From the NCBI GenBank assembly GCA_963727585.1, contig CAVSHH010000003.1, positions 2,218,772 through 2,282,771 of the forward strand: DNA of 64,000 nt, written 5' to 3'. The stretch's first letter is position 1; the number at the start of each line of letters is the position of its first letter. The DNA comes from an uncultured Chloroflexia bacterium. Its GTDB lineage: Bacteria; Chloroflexota; Limnocylindria; Limnocylindrales; CSP1-4. Positions 58,784 through 64,000 of this stretch are shown one piece after another. The notes beneath the pieces were generated by a model, which was not told the DNA's origin, ran no database searches, and worked only from the letters and a program-made list of their open reading frames with translations. The translations under genes were made by a program, and so were the position numbers.

Positions 58784-59007
58784 GACGACCCCGCCATGGA
58801 CACCCAGAACCGCAGCCTGCCCTGGCGCTCGTCCTCGAGAACGCCGCCGTTGCGCGCGATGACGGTCCGCGAGCCGATGTCTTCGACGTCGCAGGTCACA
58901 GCACGGATCCGGTCGACGAAGTCGTCCGCGGCGCCGCGTCCCTGGGCCCTGAGCTCGTCCATGGCGGCGGCGAACGAGGGGCGGAAGCGGGCGTCGGGGT
59001 CGACCAT
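58780..59007 (-). CDS. hypothetical protein (75 aa)
   Basis: Internal ATG at 59007. Stop overlaps the methyltransferase ATG (ATGA). Lies 23 nt downstream of the ASCH-GNAT stop. Confidence 0.3.
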   Translation of the reverse strand: MVDPDARFRPSFAAAMDELRAQGRGAADDFVDRIRAVTCDVEDIGSRTVIARNGGVLEDERQGRLRFWVSMAGSS

Positions 59008-59032
59008 TCGCGGCGTCACCCGGGTCGCGGCG

Positions 59033-59998
59033 TCACCCGGAGCCCCCGGGATCGACGTCGTCCTCGGCCTCGACGGCCAGCTCGAGCTCCAGCTCGTCGC
59101 GCATCGGGATCCCGTACAGGCCGACCGTCGGGATCGCCGGCTTCCTGGTGGCCCGGCTTCGATCCACGGCGCCGGCGTCGACCCGGGCCAGGCGCAGCCC
59201 GCGCCGCTGGTAGAAGCGGAGCGCATCGAGGTTGTCGTTGGTGGTGACGAGCCACATGCGCCCTGCACCGATGGCACCGGCAACGGTTCGCGCGGCGGCG
59301 ATCAGCGCGCTGCCGGCACCTTGCCCGGGGTGCATCGCGTGGAGCGTCAGAATCTCCAGCGACCCCTGCCCGGCAATCCAGGTTGCGACGCCGGCCAGCG
59401 CGCCCTCGGACTCGGCGATCAGCGCAGGATGCCGGCGGGCATCGACCAGCTCGTTGCGGCGGGCGACGACCGCGGATTCGTTGGCGTCGAGGAAGGCGTC
59501 GACCGCGGGCCGGTCGGCGAGCATGGCAGGCCGGACGGTGATCCGCGCGGCGGGATCGGGCCCCAGGACCTCGGCCACGCGGAACCGCTCGGCGACCACG
59601 GGCGTGTCGTCGGTCACGCGGAACGTCGGGTCGCCGAGGCGCGCGCGCAGCTGATCGATCTCGCGCCCCCAGTAGCGCTCGTGCGCTATCCGGAACGCGG
59701 AGGCGTCCGCGAAGCCCTCGCCCTCGTCGATCGCGTGGGCGTCATCGATGTCGGCAAGACGTACCACGGGACGGCTGGTGGTCTCCACGATGGCAACCGG
59801 CTGCTCGGCGGAGCCGACCAGCACCTGGCGGGCGCCGGGCAGCGGCAACGGATCCCCGTCGAGCTCGTACTCGACGCGCAGGCCGGTCGTGGCGGTCTTG
59901 ACGCCGGCCAGCGCTCGCCGCGTCAGGTCATCGCGCAGCGATCCGGGCGATGCGAACCCCCAGCGCGGCAGGCCGTCGAGACGCGAATCGTCGATCAC
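59033..59998 (-). CDS. ASCH (PUA-like) domain - GNAT acetyltransferase fusion protein
   Basis: N-terminal ASCH/YqfB-like segment (WGFASPGSLRDDLTRRALAGVKTATTGLRVEYELDGDPLPLPGARQVLVGSAEQPVAIVETTSRPVVRLADIDDAHAIDEGEGF). C-terminal GNAT core (GVATWIAGQGSLEILTLHAMHPGQGAGSALIAAA ... NLDALRFYQRRGLRL). No stop between the domains. GTG start at 59998 is tentative. Confidence 0.6.
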   Translation of the reverse strand: MIDDSRLDGLPRWGFASPGSLRDDLTRRALAGVKTATTGLRVEYELDGDPLPLPGARQVLVGSAEQPVAIVETTSRPVVRLADIDDAHAIDEGEGFADASAFRIAHERYWGREIDQLRARLGDPTFRVTDDTPVVAERFRVAEVLGPDPAARITVRPAMLADRPAVDAFLDANESAVVARRNELVDARRHPALIAESEGALAGVATWIAGQGSLEILTLHAMHPGQGAGSALIAAARTVAGAIGAGRMWLVTTNDNLDALRFYQRRGLRLARVDAGAVDRSRATRKPAIPTVGLYGIPMRDELELELAVEAEDDVDPGGSG

Positions 59999-60144
59999 GC
60001 GCCCGATGATACGGATCGTGGTGCGACTCGGATCGTGACAGCCGACCCGTCCGGGGAGTCTGTGGTGCTGGCGAGGTGCGCTCGGCGCCGGTGGCAGAGG
60101 CGACCGGACCGTCGTGTGGACCAGGGACCTGGTCGGGCGATCCC

Positions 60145-60687
60145 CTAGCGGGGCCGCAGTCGATCCAGCTCGAACGACCAGTCGTTGCAGGTCATCCAAT
60201 GGCCCGCCGGGTACTCGAACTCGCCGGTGTCCACGATCTCGTAGCCGAGCTTCCTGCACACCGTATTGGAGGCGGCGTTGTCCACCGACGGGAACGCGTG
60301 GATGGTCCCGTAGCCAGTCTCGGCCGCCGCGATCTCCATGCACCGCGCCGTGGCGCGGGTGGCGATGCCGCGGCCCTGGTGCTCCGGCAACACGGCCCAG
60401 CCGATCTCGAGCGCCGGCTCGCCGCGGATCTCGTGCGCCCAGTACACGACCGAGCCGACATCCTGGCCGTCCGAGCCCAGGGTCACCACGAACGTGCGAC
60501 CGGCCTCTGGCGCCAGCGCGAGGTACCGGTCCAGCCGCGACCGCAGCTGGGCGGGCGATTCCGGACCGCCCAGGTGGGTGGTCATGGCCGGGTCGCCAAG
60601 CAGCCGGCGCATCAGCTCGAGGTCGTCCGCGGTCCAGGGGCGGAGGTCGATCTCGATGGCGCGATCGGGGGACGGGCTCGCTTCCAT
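60145..60687 (-). CDS. GNAT family N-acetyltransferase (RimJ/RimL-like)
   Basis: ATG at 60687. WAVLPEHQGRGIATRATARCMEIA ... DNAASNTVCRKLGYE. Confidence 0.75.
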   Translation of the reverse strand: MEASPSPDRAIEIDLRPWTADDLELMRRLLGDPAMTTHLGGPESPAQLRSRLDRYLALAPEAGRTFVVTLGSDGQDVGSVVYWAHEIRGEPALEIGWAVLPEHQGRGIATRATARCMEIAAAETGYGTIHAFPSVDNAASNTVCRKLGYEIVDTGEFEYPAGHWMTCNDWSFELDRLRPR

Positions 60688-60714
60688 GCCGCAATCATCA
60701 CCAGGGCCGGGGAT

Positions 60715-60822
60715 TGCGCAACCGCCCCGTGGATGCGCAACACCGGGTCCAGTGAACGCGCAAACCCGCTCCGGTGACCGCGCAACCCGCGCCGTGATGC
60801 CGCAACCCGCTCCGTGATGCCC
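60715..60822. repeat. five degenerate about 21-bp direct repeats (consensus GCGCAACCCGCTCCGTGATGC)
   Basis: Read directly: gcaaccgccccgtggatgc / gcaacaccgggtccagtgaac / gcgcaaacccgctccggtgacc / gcgcaacccgcgccgtgatgcc / gcaacccgctccgtgatgcc. Confidence 0.55.
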
Positions 60823-60969
60823 GGCAGGGATTGCCTCCGGTGCATTGGCGTCGCGGTGATCCGCCCGCGGCATCACCGCGACACGATCACCTGTCCCGGC
60901 AGGCGTCGATCCGTCGCATTGATGCCGCGGCGGGGTCATGACGACTCCGGACCGCCGCCGGCAATCCCT
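60823..60969. repeat. about 147-bp segment bounded by 11-bp perfect inverted repeats (CAGGGATTGCC / GGCAATCCCTG), containing a strong internal hairpin; MITE-like or regulatory palindrome
   Basis: cagggattgcc at about 60825-60835 and ggcaatccctg at about 60959-60969. Internal hairpin gtcgcggtgat-ccgcccgcggc-atcaccgcgac at about 60851-60883. Confidence 0.4.
60851..60883 (-). terminator. candidate factor-independent terminator hairpin downstream of mfd (11-bp perfect stem, 11-nt loop)
   Basis: gtcgcggtgatccgcccgcggcatcaccgcgac is a perfect inverted repeat. There is no U-tract, which is common in high-GC actinobacteria. Confidence 0.3.
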
Positions 60970-60975
60970 GGGAGG

Positions 60976-61146
60976 GATCGGGCCGGAGTGGGATCGAGCC
61001 GGAGTGGGATCGGGCCGGGGGATCGGGCCGGAGTGGGATCGGGCCGGAGTCGGATCGGGCCGGGGGATCGGGCCGGGGGATCGGGCCGGAGTCGGATCGG
61101 GCCGGGGGATCGGGCCGGGGGATCGGGCCGGAGTGGGATCGGGCCG
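60976..61146. repeat. tandem repeat array, about 11.5 copies of alternating 16-bp (GATCGGGCCGGAGTGG/-TCG) and 13-14-bp (GATCGGGCCGGGG(G)) units
   Basis: Read directly across 60976-61146. Units are head-to-tail with no spacers. The array abuts the mfd stop. Confidence 0.9.
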
Positions 61147-61148
61147 GA

Positions 61149-64000
61149 TCAGACGCCGACCCCGGCCCGGCCGGCGCCAACCCCAGCCGCCGCCACCAGC
61201 CGCGAGACCACCGCCTGGGTCAGCGTCCAGCCCTTGAGCGGGTCGCGTGGCAGTCGGATCCGGACCTGGTTGGAGGCGAACGTGATGTCACCCGGACGCA
61301 CGCCGGGCAGCGGCGCCGTGCCGCCCGCCGCTCCGGGTGCCAGCAGCTGCATCGCGGTGGCACGCGAGAGGGCCGCCCCGAACCGCACCACCAGCCAGCC
61401 CTCCTCGCGGGCGACCGACGCGACGCCGGCCGACTCCGCCGACAGCCGCAGCTCGGCCACCTCGACCAGCCGCAGGGCGGGCTGGGGCATCGGCCCGTAG
61501 CGATCGGTGACGTCCTGGCGGAAGGCGGCGAGGTCGCCGATCGTCCGCGCCCGGGCCAGCCGCCGGTAGAGCTCCAGCTTCTGCGCCTCGTCGGGCACGT
61601 ACGAATCCGGCAGGTGCGCATCCACGGGAAGATCCACGACGGCCTGGGGCACCTCGCGCACCGGTTCGCGGTCCTCCCGCCGGGCCTTGGCCTCCTCGAC
61701 CGCCTCGGCCAGCAGCCGCGAGTACAGGTCGAACCCAACCGAGGCCATGAACCCGCTCTGCTCGCCGCCCAGGATGTTGCCGGCGCCGCGAATCTCGAGG
61801 TCGGCCAACGCGATCTGGAACCCGGCGCCCAGCTCGGACGCGTTGAAGATCGCCTGCAGCCGCTTGCGGGCCTCCTCGCTCATCCGCTCGCGCCGCCGGT
61901 ACAGGAGGTAGGCGTAGGCCCGGCGCGACGACCGCCCGACCCGCCCGCGGAGCTGGTAGAGCTGGGCAAGGCCGAGGGTGTCCGCGCGGTCGATGATGAT
62001 CGTGTTGGCGTTGGGGATGTCGAGGCCGCTCTCGATGATCGTGGTGCACACGAGGACGTCGGCCCCGCCGTCCGCAAACGAGAGCATCACCTTCTCCAGC
62101 GCGCCCTCGGACATCTGGCCATGCCCGACCACGATCCGCGCTCCCGGCAGCAGTCGTCGCAGCTGCTCAGCCTGTGCCTCGATGGTCTCCACCCGGTTGT
62201 GAACGTAGAACACCTGGCCGCCGCGGTCGAGCTCGCGCAGGACCGCATCGCGGACAAGGCCGGCCGACGCCTCCGCCACCCTCGTCTGGATCGGCAGCCG
62301 GTCCTCGGGCGGCGTCTCGATGACGCTCAGGTCTCGAATCCCGGCGAGGGCCAGGTTGAGCGTGCGCGGGATCGGCGTGGCGGACAAGGTCAGCACGTCC
62401 ACGGCCGATCGGAGCTGCTTGAGCCGCTCCTTGGCCGCGACGCCGAAGCGCTGCTCCTCGTCGACGACGACCAGCCCGAGGTCCCGGAACGCGACATCCT
62501 TCGACAACAGCCGGTGGGTTCCGATCACGATGTCGACCGTGCCTGCCTCGAGCCCGGCGACCGTCGCCGCCTGCTCCCGCGCCGACACGAACCGCGACAG
62601 CAGCTTCACGGTCAGCGGGAAGGCCGCGAAGCGCTGGGAGAACGTCGCGAAATGCTGCCCCGCGAGCACGGTGGTAGGGACGAGCACGGCGACCTGCTTG
62701 CCGTCCTGGGCCGCCTTGAACGCGGCGCGGAGGGCCACCTCGGTCTTGCCATAGCCGACGTCGCCGACGACCAGCCGGTCCATCGGTGTGCGGGTCTCCA
62801 TGTCGACCTTGGTCTCGACGACGGCACGCAGCTGGTCGGGGGTCTCCTCGTACGGGAACGACGCCTCCATCTCGGCCTGCCACGGTGAGTCGGCCGCATA
62901 GGAGAATCCCTGCGCCGCCGAGCGCTTGGCGTACAGCGCCAGCAGCTCGTCGGCCAGGTCGCTGACCGCCTTGCGCACCCGCTGCTTGGTCCGCAGCCAC
63001 TCGGTCCCGCCCAGCCTCGAGAGCTGCGGATGCTCCCCGCCCGAATATCGGCTGACGCGATTGATCTGCTCGACGGGGACGAAGATCCGATCGGTGCCGG
63101 CGAACGACAGCTCGAGGTAGTCGCGCTCCTCGCCCTCCGCGCCACGGCGGAGCATCCGCTCGTAGCGCGCGATGCCGTGGTCGATGTGGACGACCATGTC
63201 CCCCGGCGCCAGCCGCTCGAGCAGATCGCGCGGGACCACCCGGCGCATCGCCTTGGGCCGCCGGACCCGGACCGATCCGAACAGCTCGCGGTCGGTGACC
63301 ACGGCCAGCCCGTCCGGGCCGCCCTCGAACCCGCCGTTGAGGCTCCGCTCCACGAGCGCGATCGCGCCCGGGGGCGGCGCTTCGGCCACCCGTCCCACGA
63401 TCGCCACGGGATGCCCGGCGTCGTCCAGGAGCTCGGCGAGCCGCGGCGCCTGGTCGGAGGCGAGCACGACCCGCCGGCCCTCGCCCAGCCAGTGCTCCAC
63501 GCCGTCGACCAGCCGCTCCGTGCGACCCGGCGGCAGGACGGGTTCTCGCCAGCCGAACAGGTCGCCCGAGGTGAGCCCCTTCGACGCGTAGGCCATCCCC
63601 GCGGCAACCGCCGCCTCGGACTCCCAGGTCAGCTCGAGCGTCCGGGCGCCGTGGAGCCGCGCCTTCCAGTCGCGCGGCGGCAGGTACGCGGTCGGCCAGC
63701 CCTTCGGGAGCTCACCCTGTTCGACGAGCTCACCCTGTCGCTCGTCCGCCTGCGACCACAGGAAGTCGGCCGCGTCCGCCAGGTCGCCCGGCTCGTCGAG
63801 GACGAACAGCGTCGACGGGTCCAGGTGGTCGAGGCCCGTGGACGGGGCGACCAACCGGGCCCACACCTCGGCCGCGTCGGCCGCTGCCAGCGCGCGACCG
63901 GACGCGACCGTGACCGGATGCTCGGGCGACGCTTCACCGGCGAAGCGGGCGAGGTCCGCGGCCAGCCGCTCGGGCAGCCGCGCCCCCAGGCGGCCGAGCC
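61149..64000 (-). CDS. mfd: transcription-repair coupling factor, partial (N-terminus beyond window end)
   Basis: Contains the RecG-like SF2 helicase motifs (DVGYGKTEVALRAAF ... DEEQRFGV ... QLRGRVGRS), the RNAP-interacting domain and the C-terminal TRCF domain. The reading frame stays open through the window end, and the ORF-track start at 63866 is an internal GTG. Confidence 0.9.
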   Translation of the reverse strand, partial: LGRLGARLPERLAADLARFAGEASPEHPVTVASGRALAAADAAEVWARLVAPSTGLDHLDPSTLFVLDEPGDLADAADFLWSQADERQGELVEQGELPKGWPTAYLPPRDWKARLHGARTLELTWESEAAVAAGMAYASKGLTSGDLFGWREPVLPPGRTERLVDGVEHWLGEGRRVVLASDQAPRLAELLDDAGHPVAIVGRVAEAPPPGAIALVERSLNGGFEGGPDGLAVVTDRELFGSVRVRRPKAMRRVVPRDLLERLAPGDMVVHIDHGIARYERMLRRGAEGEERDYLELSFAGTDRIFVPVEQINRVSRYSGGEHPQLSRLGGTEWLRTKQRVRKAVSDLADELLALYAKRSAAQGFSYAADSPWQAEMEASFPYEETPDQLRAVVETKVDMETRTPMDRLVVGDVGYGKTEVALRAAFKAAQDGKQVAVLVPTTVLAGQHFATFSQRFAAFPLTVKLLSRFVSAREQAATVAGLEAGTVDIVIGTHRLLSKDVAFRDLGLVVVDEEQRFGVAAKERLKQLRSAVDVLTLSATPIPRTLNLALAGIRDLSVIETPPEDRLPIQTRVAEASAGLVRDAVLRELDRGGQVFYVHNRVETIEAQAEQLRRLLPGARIVVGHGQMSEGALEKVMLSFADGGADVLVCTTIIESGLDIPNANTIIIDRADTLGLAQLYQLRGRVGRSSRRAYAYLLYRRRERMSEEARKRLQAIFNASELGAGFQIALADLEIRGAGNILGGEQSGFMASVGFDLYSRLLAEAVEEAKARREDREPVREVPQAVVDLPVDAHLPDSYVPDEAQKLELYRRLARARTIGDLAAFRQDVTDRYGPMPQPALRLVEVAELRLSAESAGVASVAREEGWLVVRFGAALSRATAMQLLAPGAAGGTAPLPGVRPGDITFASNQVRIRLPRDPLKGWTLTQAVVSRLVAAAGVGAGRAGVGV

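Noticed and set aside
60976-61146. Possible CRISPR array
   Set aside because: The 13/16-bp units are directly adjacent with no unique spacers, and the unit length is far below CRISPR repeat size. This is a tandem minisatellite, not a CRISPR.
60814-61500. ORFs 60938-61237 (+) and 60814-61500 (+) encoding Gly/Arg-rich repeat proteins
   Set aside because: They are generated by translating the tandem DNA repeat and overlap the 3' end of mfd on the opposite strand. No Shine-Dalgarno is present, and the product is collagen-like low-complexity sequence.
1-64000. tRNA, rRNA, tmRNA and RNase P genes
   Set aside because: No cloverleaf-compatible GTTCGANTCC-type T-arm motifs or rRNA-like conserved stretches were seen in intergenic regions. 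A proper tRNAscan or Infernal run is still advisable.
1-64000. Prophage or canonical defence systems (restriction-modification, Abi, toxin-antitoxin, CBASS and the like)
   Set aside because: No integrase, phage structural or terminase genes, methyltransferase with restriction-endonuclease pairs, nuclease/ATPase pairs or toxin-antitoxin-sized gene pairs were recognised. The only mobile element is the IS1182-family insertion sequence.

Overview
This is a high-GC (about 70%) chromosomal segment of an actinobacterium-like genome, densely packed with genes. Many ORFs in the six-frame track are antisense or frame-shadow artefacts of the GC bias; I kept only ORFs with recognisable protein-family signatures, plausible starts (ATG, GTG or TTG, often with a Shine-Dalgarno or a 4-nt start/stop overlap) and consistent operon context. 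Core genes recognised: an ECF sigma factor, birA, aspartokinase, the hom-thrC-thrB operon, trpS, an AI-2E transporter with surE, phosphomannomutase with GDP-mannose pyrophosphorylase, potA-potD-potB-potC, a methionine/SAM-cycle supra-operon (apt, an mtnA-like gene, a GNAT gene, ahcY, an S9 peptidase, metK), and partial mfd. Accessory or unusual content: (i) an intact IS1182-family insertion sequence with 40-bp inverted repeats; (ii) a 997-aa kinase / M23-like / class-III aminotransferase tri-domain fusion, divergent from a GcvT-like plus M20 peptidase pair; (iii) a BtuFCD-like ABC importer preceded by a candidate cobalamin riboswitch; (iv) tandem F420-type LLM oxidoreductases, one frameshifted in a G5 homopolymer; (v) a detox/acetyltransferase islet (AAC(2')-like, ASCH-GNAT fusion, GNAT, DinB, SRPBCC, DUF1801, peptidase E, a methyltransferase); (vi) a complex repeat-rich intergenic region next to mfd with an ~11.5-copy 13/16-bp tandem array; (vii) a 757-bp non-coding gap between hom and trpS carrying a 22-bp tandem repeat. 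No tRNA, rRNA or CRISPR was found. Coordinates of non-coding features are approximate (about +/-2 nt).
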